This document shows, piece after piece, positions 8,152 to 17,707 of a stretch of DNA of 32,000 nucleotides. A program made the translations under genes and the position numbers. Every line of letters starts with the position of its first letter. Position 1 is the first letter of the stretch. This stretch comes from Candidatus Baldrarchaeum yapensis (GTDB taxonomy: Archaea; Asgardarchaeota; Baldrarchaeia; Baldrarchaeales; Baldrarchaeaceae): the NCBI GenBank assembly GCA_016840465.1, contig JAEOSH010000011.1:18118-50117 (forward strand), written 5' to 3'. The notes beneath the pieces were generated by a model. That model did no database searches and was not told the DNA's origin. It saw only the letters and a program-made list of their open reading frames with translations.

Positions 8152-11028
8152 CAAACAACTCGTTCTTTTGCATCCACCGGCGCTTTCTGCGTCGAGCAGT
8201 GGTATTTTGTCTTTATATTTGGATAGTATTTCGATAGTGCGTCTCTCTATTGGTTCGACTCCTCCGAAGAAGATCACCTGCGTTTTCTTACTTTTATCTC
8301 TATACACGGTTATTCCCTTACATTTGAGCTTCCAAGCCAACATGAAAACCTTTGCGACGGTTTCTGGAGGTTCGTCATGGCGGAGGTTCACAGTCTTAGA
8401 AACCGCATTGTCGACGTATTTCTGAAAGGCAGCCTGCATTCTAACGTGCCATTCCGGATCTATGTCATGCGCAGTTTTAAATATTCTCTGAACATCTTCT
8501 GGGACATCTTCAAGTCCCTGTACACTTCCGTAATTTTCAACGATTTTAAGTAGGAGTTCTTTACTATAGAACCCGCGCTTTTTGGCAACTTCTTCGAATA
8601 GCGGATTTATTTCTATCATACCCCCTAGTATGTTGCGAACAAACACTATGGCGAACAATGGTTCTATGCCACTGGATGCACCTGCAATTATGCTTATCGA
8701 TCCTGTCGGGGCAATCGTCGTCACGGTTGCATTTCTCATATATCTATAGCCTAGTTTCTCCCAGAGACTCCCGGGGAAGGCCGGAAAGTTTCCCCGCTCC
8801 TCACCAAGTTTCACACTCGCGTTTCGCGCAGTTTCTGTGATGAATTTCATAACTTTCTCAGCAAGAGATAATGCTTCCTCGGAGTCATACGGTATTCCCA
8901 GTTTTATAAGCATATCCGCCCAGCCCATCACTCCTAGCCCTATTTTTCTTGTCCTTAGGGTTGCGATTTCTATCTGCCTGATCGGAAACCTGTTGACATC
9001 TATGACGTTATCTAAGAACCTCACCGCAAGTTCAACCACGTATTTCATTCTCTCCCAGTTTATGCGTGGTCTTCCCTTTCCGTCGACCTCCACAAACTTC
9101 CCAAGGTTTATACTTCCCAAGTTGCAGGACTCCCACGGAAGTAGTGGCTGCTCCCCACAGTTGTGAACATAGAACCCATTCGCGTCAAACGCATTCAATC
9201 CGAGAATTCTTACGTCATAGACTCTCTCCTCACCGCAGGGGGCAACCTCTTCAACTGTTGCCAAGAAGAGTTCCCGCTTAGGATTATATCTGTTGCACTT
9301 TACTGCGTTCTCCAGAATTTTCATCTTTTCTTTACTTCCAAAGCCTACCCTTTGGTAGAAGTAAAGCACGTTGTCATCTGTTATCGTCAACTCGTATCTG
9401 TCCGCTCGTCCGTTTCCTCCGTCGATTGCACGTATTCTGGAGAATATTCCGAATCTTAGAAGGATCCTCTGTACGGCTTTGAGAAGATCAAGATCATGCT
9501 CGGATAATCTAATAGTGACGCTGCCTGACTCGTTTCTTTCCACCAATCCGTTTACGTCAAACAATCCCCTTAAGAGGCCCTTGCAGAACTCCGATGATGC
9601 CTTTTCCATTGCCTCAGTTATTACTCTCTTGCACGTCCTTAATCCAAGTTCCTCCATTATTACTGTGACGTATGAAGGATGATTCTGAGATTCTTCCTCG
9701 ACTATCTGTGCACAGTTGGCGAGAATCTTCCCTACCAGGTAACCATCTTCCACTGAGTATTTTCCGTTCCATCCATTGAGGTTCCTGTGGTTATTCATGA
9801 GGATCTTGTCACCAGGTTTTAGATCTCCAGCTTTGACCCATTCCACTTCGATTCCACGTCTGCCAACTCTTTTTACTCTAAGAACCGGATGATCCTTTGT
9901 CAGGCGCAGTTCGAATCCCTCTTTGGTTTTAAGCATATAGACCTTCTTTACTCCCGTTGCGAAGAAGCCTTCATCGCCTGACGGCCATTTTTCGCCATTA
10001 ACAATCGCAGTAAATCTCCTTCCGATCAGGTCTTTAACCATCCTGGGACCTTCATCTGTCATTATCCACGTATCTGCTGTTATGCAGGGGTTTGTCGCTT
10101 CTATTTTTCCCAAATGTGAAACGGGGTGCTTTCTGTTGATCTCATCTATAAATATGAGTCCGGGGTCTCCCGTTTTCCATGCGCACTCTACCATTAGGTT
10201 AAATATGTATCTGGCGCGCACCTTCCTTACTTTCTCGCCCGTTCTCGGGTTTATTAACCAGTATTCGCCGTCCTCCTCAACTGCTCTCATGAAGTCATCA
10301 GTAACCGCGACACTTAAGTTGAAGTTCTGGAACTCCCCCTCCTTTTCCTTTGCTCTTACGAATTTCTCGATATCCGGGTGGTCTACTCTTAATACTCCCA
10401 TATTTGCTCCTCTTCTCCTCCCACCCTGCTTTATGACCTCCGTGGCCACGTCAAAGATCTTCATGAAACTCACAGGGCCGCTTGCAACACCCGCGGTGCT
10501 TCTAACAATGTCGCCTTCAGGTCTTAGCTTTGAAAACGAGAAACCCGTACCTCCTCCCGTTTTATGAATTAATGCAGCATATTTTACTGCGTCGAATATT
10601 GATTCGAGATCATCCTCTATCGGTATAACAAAGCACGCTGATAACTGTCCTATGTCAGTTCCCGCGTTCATGAGGGTCGGGGAATTTGGTAGGAATTCCA
10701 AATTAGACATGATCTCGTAAAAGGCCTTTGCCCACCTCTCCACTTCACGTTCGGTCGCTCCGTATTTTCGCTCTGCCCTCGCAACGTGTCTTGCGACTCT
10801 CCAAAACATCTCTTGTGGGGTTTCTATGATTCTCCCGCTAACGTCCTTGAGGAGATACCTATTTTCCAGAACCCTTAACGCGTTTAACGAAAACTGTAGA
10901 TCCTTGGGATTGATGGGCTGATCTCCCTTACCCGCCTGTTCGTAGATTCTCCTGAGTACCTCTAGCTTCATTTCCTCTAACTCTTCCCGCGTGAATATAT
11001 GAACCCTGATATTGCCACTTTCCGTCAT
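8143..11028 (-). CDS. nrdJ: Class II (adenosylcobalamin-dependent) ribonucleotide reductase containing one intein
   Basis: [40 protein letters not shown] after splicing, [24 protein letters not shown]-terminal CKRTSC. Likely start 11028 (the ORF extends to 11049). Confidence 0.95.
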   Translation of the reverse strand: MTESGNIRVHIFTREELEEMKLEVLRRIYEQAGKGDQPINPKDLQFSLNALRVLENRYLLKDVSGRIIETPQEMFWRVARHVARAERKYGATEREVERWAKAFYEIMSNLEFLPNSPTLMNAGTDIGQLSACFVIPIEDDLESIFDAVKYAALIHKTGGGTGFSFSKLRPEGDIVRSTAGVASGPVSFMKIFDVATEVIKQGGRRRGANMGVLRVDHPDIEKFVRAKEKEGEFQNFNLSVAVTDDFMRAVEEDGEYWLINPRTGEKVRKVRARYIFNLMVECAWKTGDPGLIFIDEINRKHPVSHLGKIEATNPCITADTWIMTDEGPRMVKDLIGRRFTAIVNGEKWPSGDEGFFATGVKKVYMLKTKEGFELRLTKDHPVLRVKRVGRRGIEVEWVKAGDLKPGDKILMNNHRNLNGWNGKYSVEDGYLVGKILANCAQIVEEESQNHPSYVTVIMEELGLRTCKRVITEAMEKASSEFCKGLLRGLFDVNGLVERNESGSVTIRLSEHDLDLLKAVQRILLRFGIFSRIRAIDGGNGRADRYELTITDDNVLYFYQRVGFGSKEKMKILENAVKCNRYNPKRELFLATVEEVAPCGEERVYDVRILGLNAFDANGFYVHNCGEQPLLPWESCNLGSINLGKFVEVDGKGRPRINWERMKYVVELAVRFLDNVIDVNRFPIRQIEIATLRTRKIGLGVMGWADMLIKLGIPYDSEEALSLAEKVMKFITETARNASVKLGEERGNFPAFPGSLWEKLGYRYMRNATVTTIAPTGSISIIAGASSGIEPLFAIVFVRNILGGMIEINPLFEEVAKKRGFYSKELLLKIVENYGSVQGLEDVPEDVQRIFKTAHDIDPEWHVRMQAAFQKYVDNAVSKTVNLRHDEPPETVAKVFMLAWKLKCKGITVYRDKSKKTQVIFFGGVEPIERRTIEILSKYKDKIPLLDAESAGGCKRTSCLLE
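9160..10086 (-). mobile_element. Intein (309 aa) at the RIR1-b type site with a degenerate LAGLIDADG endonuclease
   Basis: Starts [13 protein letters not shown] (block A); LTKDH (block B); VYDV (block F); ends FYVHN followed by extein Cys. Block [15 protein letters not shown] is present. Confidence 0.95.
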
Positions 11029-11278
11029 AATTACCACTTCTATGTACACCTAAGAATGTGGACATTTTAGTTTTTGGTATCAGCGAACTCCTCCATTCCT
11101 CATAATACCTGTCCTTCGGCAACTATTCAACGATGCATTGCCTAGATGATTAGTGGGTCATCGAAACTTTTTGACGCCGAAACGGGGCGGAAGACTCCAT
11201 TATAGAAATCGAGAAATAATGCGCAGCAGATGTCCCGTATGGAAATATGCCAAGAGCAAGATGACGAGATGATAGAGC

Positions 11279-12052
11279 ATGTCGCCGGTCTGTGAGATCG
11301 TCGACGTACATTGCCATTTCGATGATTACATAGAGGCAGGAAGGGCTAAGGAGATCATAAAGGCTGCGCGGGAAGTCGGTGTAATAAAAATAATAGGCGT
11401 CGCATATGATGTCCCCAGTAATGAAAAGCTCCTCAAGTATATAGACATCTTTGAAGAGTTAGAATGTTGTTTGGGAATACATCCATGGGAGAGTTGGAAA
11501 GTGCCTGATAGCGAGGTTCGTCTAGTATTGGATCTCTTAGAGAGTAATTCTGAGAAGGTGGTAGGTGTAGGAGAAGTGGGGCTAGATTTCAGATTTGTAC
11601 GAGGAGAGGAAAGGTGGAAACGCCAGCGGGAAGTGTTTGAATTGTTTGCAAAGACAGCTGCTGATCTCGACCTTCCAATGAATGTTCATGCAATTAAGTC
11701 CGAGAATATCGTTTTGGAGATCCTGAGAAAGCATGACGTTGGTAGAGCTGTATTCCACTGGTACTCTGGATCTTTGACCCTACTAGAGGAGTTGCTCGAA
11801 CTCGGCTATTACGTTTCTACGAACCCCTCCATACTGTACTCACAGCGTTCTAGGAAGGTCGTTGAGATCACGCCCCTTGATAGATTACTTGTGGAGTCGG
11901 ACAGCCCATACAGGTTCGGCGACTTGGATGCTGACCCGCAACATGTAAGGCTGGTCGTGGAGGAAGTAGCAAAAATAAAAAACACCCCCCTTGAGAATGT
12001 ATGTCGTGCAACGACGCTTAACGCCTATAGACTGTTTAATATAAGGAGGTAG
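11279..12052 (+). CDS. tatD: TatD-family metallo-nuclease
   Basis: DVHCH, GIHPW, GEVGLD, VFHWYSG, LLVESDSPY. Confidence 0.93.
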   Translation: MSPVCEIVDVHCHFDDYIEAGRAKEIIKAAREVGVIKIIGVAYDVPSNEKLLKYIDIFEELECCLGIHPWESWKVPDSEVRLVLDLLESNSEKVVGVGEVGLDFRFVRGEERWKRQREVFELFAKTAADLDLPMNVHAIKSENIVLEILRKHDVGRAVFHWYSGSLTLLEELLELGYYVSTNPSILYSQRSRKVVEITPLDRLLVESDSPYRFGDLDADPQHVRLVVEEVAKIKNTPLENVCRATTLNAYRLFNIRR

Positions 12053-12057
12053 TCGTT

Positions 12058-12465
12058 ATGAGCGAGAGAAAAAGACCCGTATTGACGGTTGATGCAATAA
12101 TAAGGCTTGAAGACGGAAGAATCGTGCTAATAAAGAGGAAGAATCCTCCGTTTGAGGGATGGTGGGCGCTACCTGGTGGAATTGTCGAATATGGCGAGAG
12201 AGTTGAAGACGCCGTCAAGAGAGAGGCATGGGAAGAAACCGGCATCGACATAAAAATAGAGAAGCTTGTTGGAATATATTCGGATCCGAACAGAGACCCT
12301 AGAGGCCATTTCATATCTATCTGTTACCTGTGTAGCGGGCGTAGTGAGCAAATGCGTGCAGCAACCGATGCTGCAGAGGTAGCCGCCTTCCACCCGGATG
12401 AAATAAAGAAATTGAAGTTGGCATTTGACCACAGGAAGATGCTGAAAGATGCCGGAATAATATGA
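12058..12465 (+). CDS. Nudix hydrolase (ADP-ribose pyrophosphatase-like)
   Basis: Nudix box GGIVEYGERVEDAVKREAWEETGI, RDPRGH, LAFDH. Confidence 0.92.
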   Translation: MSERKRPVLTVDAIIRLEDGRIVLIKRKNPPFEGWWALPGGIVEYGERVEDAVKREAWEETGIDIKIEKLVGIYSDPNRDPRGHFISICYLCSGRSEQMRAATDAAEVAAFHPDEIKKLKLAFDHRKMLKDAGII

Positions 12466-12489
12466 ACTTAGTACAAGTAAGCATTTCAA

Positions 12490-13230
12490 TTATAGAACTA
12501 TGCGCATCTGGTCGTAGGCCACTAACACAGAGCCCAAGAACTTTTCTTCTGCCTGCTTGAGAAATTTCTTTTCCATATCCTGAAACTCAGGTGGTATGTG
12601 GAAAAGTATCAGAGAAGAAGATCCGCTCTCCTTGGCAATCCACGCTGCATCTTGGGGAGTGGAGTGTCCGAATTTTATTGCGGTTTCACGTAACTCGTTT
12701 GGAAATGTTGTTTCGTGAATCAGAAGAGTACTTTTCTCGGCAAGAGTTATTAGGTCCGCGCACGGCCGCGTGTCGGAAGAGTACGTCACAGATTTTTCCT
12801 TGCTCACTCTCAGTGCCAATGTGAATATCGTGTGATCTACCGGATATGTCCTTAAATCTCCCTCCTTGAACTCTCCTTCTATCTCGATGAACTCTATTTC
12901 GAAAAGAAAACTATCAATGGGCGTATTCACTATCTGCAAAAGCTTGTGGATTGCATCTTTAATCCCGGTCGGCCCGTAAATTTTCAGCTTAGATGTACGC
13001 CGCCCGAGCCAAAACGTCCATAATAATGTTACTATCCCAGAGATGTGGTCGGCATGAACATGTGATATGAAGACCCTCTCTATGTCGTCCGGCTTCAGGT
13101 TGAGAGATAACAACCTCTGCGTTGCACCCTCACCACAGTCTATCAGTAACTCTTTATCGAGAAGTATTGCTGGGCATGCCCTGTCCTTCGAGGGATAACT
13201 TCCTGAGGTTCCTAGGAAGACTATTTCCAC
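12490..13230 (-). CDS. Metallo-beta-lactamase fold hydrolase, RNase Z/BN-like
   Basis: FLGTSG, DCGEG, SHVHADH, YSSDT, LIHETTF, GHST, LFH. It lacks a long exosite arm, so it may be a paralog rather than the main rnz. Confidence 0.8.
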   Translation of the reverse strand: MEIVFLGTSGSYPSKDRACPAILLDKELLIDCGEGATQRLLSLNLKPDDIERVFISHVHADHISGIVTLLWTFWLGRRTSKLKIYGPTGIKDAIHKLLQIVNTPIDSFLFEIEFIEIEGEFKEGDLRTYPVDHTIFTLALRVSKEKSVTYSSDTRPCADLITLAEKSTLLIHETTFPNELRETAIKFGHSTPQDAAWIAKESGSSSLILFHIPPEFQDMEKKFLKQAEEKFLGSVLVAYDQMRIVL

Positions 13231-13308
13231 GCGACCACCTCATTGCGGCTTCTATTTTAATACCCTCGCGACAAAGTTATTCTTAGCATAGAGCAAGAGA
13301 GTGAAAAC

Positions 13309-14538
13309 ATGGTTAAAAAATTGCTGATCGTAGGGTTTAATGCGCGTCCCGTGGCGAAGTCTGCAAAGCTTTCGGGATACTCAACAATAGTAATTGATTA
13401 CTGGGGAGATGTCGATTTAATACCAGTAGCTGATCACTTTCTCGCAGTTACCCGATGTTTCGATGAAAATCGTATCTCGGAAACTCCCACGAAGGAGTTG
13501 TTCTTGGAGTTGGCCGAGAGAGCTGTAAAAATGTGGGGACCCGTCGATGCAATATTAATATGTAGCGGGTTCGACGACTTTCCGGAAATATGGAAGCAAT
13601 TGAGCGAATTAGCACCAATTTGTGGCAATGATCCGAAGATCCTAGAAAAAGCAAGAAATGTGAAAAACCTGTTTGATGAGGCTCGAAAGGCTGGTGCTTA
13701 TTTTCCAAAAACCTATTATGCTGCAGAGCCTGATGATGTGTTAAAAATTCGGGAAAAGATAGATTTTCCTTTCGTCATAAAGCCTAAGACCGGAGGAGGT
13801 GGGATAGGTATCAGGCTAATTCGCTCAGAGAAGGATCTTGATAGGGTATTCTCAATATGGAAGGAAAAGTACCCAAATGGAGCATATGTCCAGGAATACG
13901 TAAGAGGGTTGGACGTGAGCACTTCCGTCATGTGTACAGGCCATTCAGCCATCACAATCAGCGTGAATGAGCAATTAATAGGGGTTAAGTATGCATGCCC
14001 GCCCACGAGGTTCACGTACTGTGGAAATATTGTTCCGTTGGATGCACATAGCGAAATTTTAGAGCATTTAATGGAAATATCATCCACACTCGCTGAAAGA
14101 TTGCACTTAGTCGGTAGTAACGGATTCGATTGGGTGCTGGACATGGAGGGATGCCCCTTCATCATGGAATGCAACCCTAGGTTTCAGGGCACCTTAGAGC
14201 CCATAGAAATGGCAACAGGAGCATCGATCGTAAAAATGCATATACGCGCTTGTGAGGGCGAATTACCAGAAGGCCCCCTCCAGTTCAAAAGATACGCATG
14301 TAAGGTGATATTGTTTTCGGAAAGAGATATCCATGTACCCGATCTCTCAAATATTAGAAACATATTCGACATACCGCATCCAAACTCTGCCATAAGGCGA
14401 GGACAACCCATATGTACCATTATTGAGACGGGATACTCGAGAAAAATCGCATTAAGAAAATGTTTAATGAAGATCGCAGCAATTCGAAGGTTGCTGAGAG
14501 CAAGAAATGAAAAATTTAGAAGCCAAAAGCCTTCTTAA
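13309..14538 (+). CDS. ATP-grasp family carboligase (COG2232-like, often linked to C1/H4MPT metabolism)
   Basis: IDYWGDVDL N-terminus, FVIKPKTGGGGIG, VQEYVRG, GSNGFD, MECNPRFQGT. Confidence 0.75.
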   Translation: MVKKLLIVGFNARPVAKSAKLSGYSTIVIDYWGDVDLIPVADHFLAVTRCFDENRISETPTKELFLELAERAVKMWGPVDAILICSGFDDFPEIWKQLSELAPICGNDPKILEKARNVKNLFDEARKAGAYFPKTYYAAEPDDVLKIREKIDFPFVIKPKTGGGGIGIRLIRSEKDLDRVFSIWKEKYPNGAYVQEYVRGLDVSTSVMCTGHSAITISVNEQLIGVKYACPPTRFTYCGNIVPLDAHSEILEHLMEISSTLAERLHLVGSNGFDWVLDMEGCPFIMECNPRFQGTLEPIEMATGASIVKMHIRACEGELPEGPLQFKRYACKVILFSERDIHVPDLSNIRNIFDIPHPNSAIRRGQPICTIIETGYSRKIALRKCLMKIAAIRRLLRARNEKFRSQKPS

Positions 14539-14715
14539 AACCCTGTCTACTGGTGCGGGGAAATGGTTTTCTCTGTGTATCTTCATGCATCATCCCCCTT
14601 GCCATGGGATTTTCCGGCAAGAAGTAAGGGACTTTATTCAAGTACATGTACCGTTATACAGCCATCGAAATCATTAAAAGAGCAGTTCCGAGATCTGATT
14701 GAAAGGGAGATTCAT

Positions 14716-15144
14716 ATGGCGCCCGAGGAAGTAGAAGATCTGGAGCTCGAGATGATACGAAGGAAGAAACTCAGGAGGTATATGGAAATGCTGAAAAGGA
14801 AAGCGGAAGGAACGGAAGAAGGAAAAGGCGGCGTGGTTGAGGCGAACTCGAGGAATTTCAACGACCTCATTTCGAGAGGCAAGCCCGTGATTGTGGACTT
14901 CTGGGCGGAATGGTGCCCGCCCTGTAAGCTCATGGCCCCTATCTTCGAAAAACTCGCCAAAAAGTACGAAGACAAAATCATCTTCGCAAAGGTAAATGTG
15001 GACGAAAACCCCGATCTTGCAAGGGCATTCAACATTTACGCAATTCCGACATTCGTCATCCTGAAAGATGGGCGAGAGGTTGACAGGATCATAGGTGCAA
15101 TTAGAGAGGAGGAGTTAGAGGCGAGGCTGAGAAGGTACATTTAA
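14716..15144 (+). CDS. trxA: Thioredoxin with N-terminal charged helix
   Basis: DFWAEWCPPCK, AIPT. The likely start is ATG 14716; the upstream part of the ORF looks non-coding. Confidence 0.92.
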   Translation: MAPEEVEDLELEMIRRKKLRRYMEMLKRKAEGTEEGKGGVVEANSRNFNDLISRGKPVIVDFWAEWCPPCKLMAPIFEKLAKKYEDKIIFAKVNVDENPDLARAFNIYAIPTFVILKDGREVDRIIGAIREEELEARLRRYI

Positions 15145-15195
15145 ATCAACTCTCCTATTTCTTTCTGCACCAAAGACTTAGCCTTCTACAAACAG

Positions 15196-16194
15196 GTGGA
15201 CAAGTTGAGAAAATCAACGCTTGAGATTCTGGCATGTCCCCATTGTCGTGGAGATCTAATTTTAAGGGCGCGCGAGGAAAGGGGAGAAGAGATAATAACG
15301 GGAGGTTTAAAGTGCACTAGGTGCGGGGAAACCTACAACATAATCCGAGGAATTCCTCGTCTTCTCCCGTTCAGAGAAACCAAAAAACTGAGAAAGATGT
15401 ACAAGTACATCGAACAATACTATGACGCTTACGCCCCCCAGTACGATATCAACTATCACAATCCCGAAATAGAGTATATGCGACGCGTGGAGGACTCCTG
15501 CATACTCAAAACCCGCCCAAAGGGAACCGTTCTAGACATAGGATGTGGAGTGGGGCGTCAGTCATTAATGCTGGCGTCTTTGGGCTGCGAAGTCTTCGCA
15601 CTGGACATATCAAAGGAAATGCTCACGGAACTGAAGAGAAGAGCCGAACTCCTCGGACTCGAGGATAGAATAGAGGTAATACAGGCGTCCGCAGACCTCC
15701 TCCCCTTTAAAGATGAAATCTTCGACCGCGCATACGCGATTTTCGGGGCATACAATCACGTCCCCCACGTGAAACGGGCATTCAACGACCTCTATAGAGT
15801 CTTAAAGGGAAAATCCGCCGCGTTGCTATCGGTACTAAATAGGTATAGGCTAATGTGGCTACTCTATGTGATACTAAAGCGTAGAGCGCGGCACTTCATC
15901 AAAACTTTGCACTCCAAACATGGATACATCGTGATGAGAGCCGGCAGGGAGAGATACCGCGTATGGACAAGATACTTCTCTAAAAGCGAAATAGAGAACT
16001 TGCTGAAAAGTGCAGGTTTCCAAGATGTGAGAACTTGTGGAGTCCTCATATTCCTGCGACCGAGATTTTCCTACTCCTCCGATCTGAGACTCCGAGGACC
16101 TAAAGCCCTCCTTGCCAAGCTTGAAGATCTTGTAAGGTTCACTTACCCGTTTAACGCGCTCGGAACATACCTGATAGTCTTCGCATATAAATAG
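15196..16194 (+). CDS. Class I SAM methyltransferase fused to an N-terminal Trm112-like domain
   Basis: LEILACPHCRGDL...LKCTRCGETYNIIRGIPRLL (Trm112-like), then VLDIGCGVG, ALDISKEML, ASADLLPFKDEIFD. Confidence 0.85.
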   Translation: MDKLRKSTLEILACPHCRGDLILRAREERGEEIITGGLKCTRCGETYNIIRGIPRLLPFRETKKLRKMYKYIEQYYDAYAPQYDINYHNPEIEYMRRVEDSCILKTRPKGTVLDIGCGVGRQSLMLASLGCEVFALDISKEMLTELKRRAELLGLEDRIEVIQASADLLPFKDEIFDRAYAIFGAYNHVPHVKRAFNDLYRVLKGKSAALLSVLNRYRLMWLLYVILKRRARHFIKTLHSKHGYIVMRAGRERYRVWTRYFSKSEIENLLKSAGFQDVRTCGVLIFLRPRFSYSSDLRLRGPKALLAKLEDLVRFTYPFNALGTYLIVFAYK

Positions 16195-16229
16195 CAGTTT
16201 TAACTATCTCTAAGCCTTTAACCGATTTT

Positions 16230-17462
16230 TCACTCATCCATCCCGCTCATGCGTTCTCGACTTTTCAGAACCTCTAATGTTCTCTCGGCTAACCTCGTAG
16301 CAAGCCCATAGAGCCTCTCCGTAAGGCTATAATTTATAATTACGTACCAGTACGAATCTCTTGCAACAAATCTCGCAACTTTCTCCAAACGCCTCCTGAC
16401 CTCCGGCGAATTGAACGTACCGTGATGCAACAGCAAGTTTCGACCTCTAATCTCGATCATAATGTCCAATGCACCATGATATATCGTATTTCTTATCTTT
16501 CTCGCCAAATCTATTAAGAGAAGATCTTCATCGGAGATCTTAAACCCCAAATCCTCAATCTGCTTCCTGCTTCCTTTCGCGAAATCTATAAGTTCTAAAA
16601 AGGTCGATGCCTCGGCGCTTTTAAGATCACCCTCGATCAGATACCTTATTTCCCGAAGACACACCTCCATGAGAGCACCTAAACTCTCTAAAAGCCCGAG
16701 CACGTCATAAAGAACTTCTTCCATACCCAGCCTCCCGAAATCTACCCCTTGTACCAAGTTCCTAACTTCACGTAACCTGCGCATTATTTGTATGGACCAC
16801 GGATTCACCCATGCTTTCAGATATGCTAGCAACCTTCTCCCAATAGTAACCAAAATATAACTTTCCCTTTCACCAACAAGCCGGTCACACCGCCTATACT
16901 TGGAAAGAAACTCCATCTCATCGGCCTTTAAAACCCCAAGATCTGCCAGAAACCGAACTACGTCCCCCCATGTTGAAAACTTACCGTTAAGCATGGCTAT
17001 GAGATAACACAGCATGTGAACGGTCTTCATAAGAAAATCAAAACCCCGATAACCTAGCGCATTCAACCTTCCCTCTAAAATGCGAAGATTTCTCGCGACA
17101 AACGACTTTATACGTGTTATCGCCTCCTTTCTGACAACTTGAAGTTCTACACCTAGATCATCATCCCTCAAAAGAATAACACGACCGGATATTATCACAT
17201 TCGTCAGAAAAGGATCTCCCCTCCTCAGATATTCGAGAAATTCCGGCTTCTCATATACCACAAGATCTAAGCGCGTATTACCCTGTTTCGAGATTCTCAA
17301 AAGCCCCTCCTCAACTGATAACTGACTCCCCCTCTCGCACACAACAAGCACATCTATATCGTTATACTCCTCGTCCCGCAAAAAACTCCCAAATAGGATT
17401 ACGAGAATTACGTCGTCCCTTGTCTTTAGAGCATCTAAGATCCCATTAATTACTTTCATCAT
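16230..17462 (-). CDS. Minimal nucleotidyltransferase (Pol-beta fold) fused to a C-terminal HEPN-like domain
   Basis: N-terminal LFGSFLR..YNDIDVLVV plus a downstream LDLVV acidic residue. The C-terminal RNTIYH (Rx4H) lies at 16476-16493. Start uncertain (17462, 17459 or up to 17531). Confidence 0.65.
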   Translation of the reverse strand: MMKVINGILDALKTRDDVILVILFGSFLRDEEYNDIDVLVVCERGSQLSVEEGLLRISKQGNTRLDLVVYEKPEFLEYLRRGDPFLTNVIISGRVILLRDDDLGVELQVVRKEAITRIKSFVARNLRILEGRLNALGYRGFDFLMKTVHMLCYLIAMLNGKFSTWGDVVRFLADLGVLKADEMEFLSKYRRCDRLVGERESYILVTIGRRLLAYLKAWVNPWSIQIMRRLREVRNLVQGVDFGRLGMEEVLYDVLGLLESLGALMEVCLREIRYLIEGDLKSAEASTFLELIDFAKGSRKQIEDLGFKISDEDLLLIDLARKIRNTIYHGALDIMIEIRGRNLLLHHGTFNSPEVRRRLEKVARFVARDSYWYVIINYSLTERLYGLATRLAERTLEVLKSRERMSGMDE

Positions 17463-17564
17463 CTTTACAACTCTGGCATTTGCTCTTAACCAAATAATAT
17501 CTCCTCCAAGAAGATTATTTTTATCGAACAAAGTAACTTTAAAAACGACACATTACAAATCGAT

Positions 17565-17600
17565 GAAAAATTGAAATACGAAAATGGGAAAAATATTGAA
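17565..17600 (-). terminator. Probable oligo-T terminator downstream of tRNA-Tyr
   Basis: Several T4-T5 runs on the minus strand immediately 3' of the encoded CCA. Confidence 0.45.
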
Positions 17601-17641
17601 CCTGGTCGGGCCGCCGGGATTCGAACCCGGGACCTGGCGGT

Positions 17642-17658
17642 ATCTGTCCGAGCAGGGG
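17642..17658 (-). other. tRNA intron 2 (17 nt, canonical 37/38)
   Basis: CCCCTGCTCGGACAGAT. After intron 1 is removed it forms a BHB: central helix CUGU/ACAG, bulges A36-G37-C and A-U-A38. Confidence 0.78.
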
Positions 17659-17660
17659 CT

Positions 17661-17707
17661 ATTGCTCCTTGGGACCCTCTCTCACACCACATCAAGGGTC
17701 CCAAGGT
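17661..17707 (-). other. tRNA intron 1 (47 nt, non-canonical 35/36)
   Basis: BHB made of upper helix GGGC/GCCC, bulge A-U-A, central helix GGCU/AGCA (one G.A mismatch), bulge G34-U35-A, and a perfect 12-bp lower helix CCTTGGGACCCT/AGGGTCCCAAGG. Confidence 0.75.

Noticed and set aside
11050-11278. Cobalamin or fluoride riboswitch upstream of nrdJ
   Set aside because: The minus-strand ATGGAGTC...GATGACCC loosely recalls a fluoride riboswitch, but the P1 and pseudoknot pairings fail. No B12-box is visible.
14563-14715. Long N-terminal extension of thioredoxin in the ORF track
   Set aside because: The sequence is not protein-like, and an SD-like GGGAGA precedes ATG 14716. Similar over-extended starts were trimmed for gamma-CA, hel308, alaX, nth and udg.
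16195-17602. Integrated element or genomic island at tRNA-Tyr
   Set aside because: No duplicated tRNA 3' end (att site), integrase or terminal repeats were found in the window.
17671-17700. Possible k-turn/K-loop (UGAUG...GA) in the intron 1 hairpin
   Set aside because: The bulge would be only 2 nt and there is no CUGA box, which is not enough to call an intron-encoded guide RNA.
17642-17707. Single 64-nt canonical intron in tRNA-Tyr
   Set aside because: It would give C37 and no proper 3-nt 5' bulge or lower helix. The two-intron model gives two BHBs and the typical G37.
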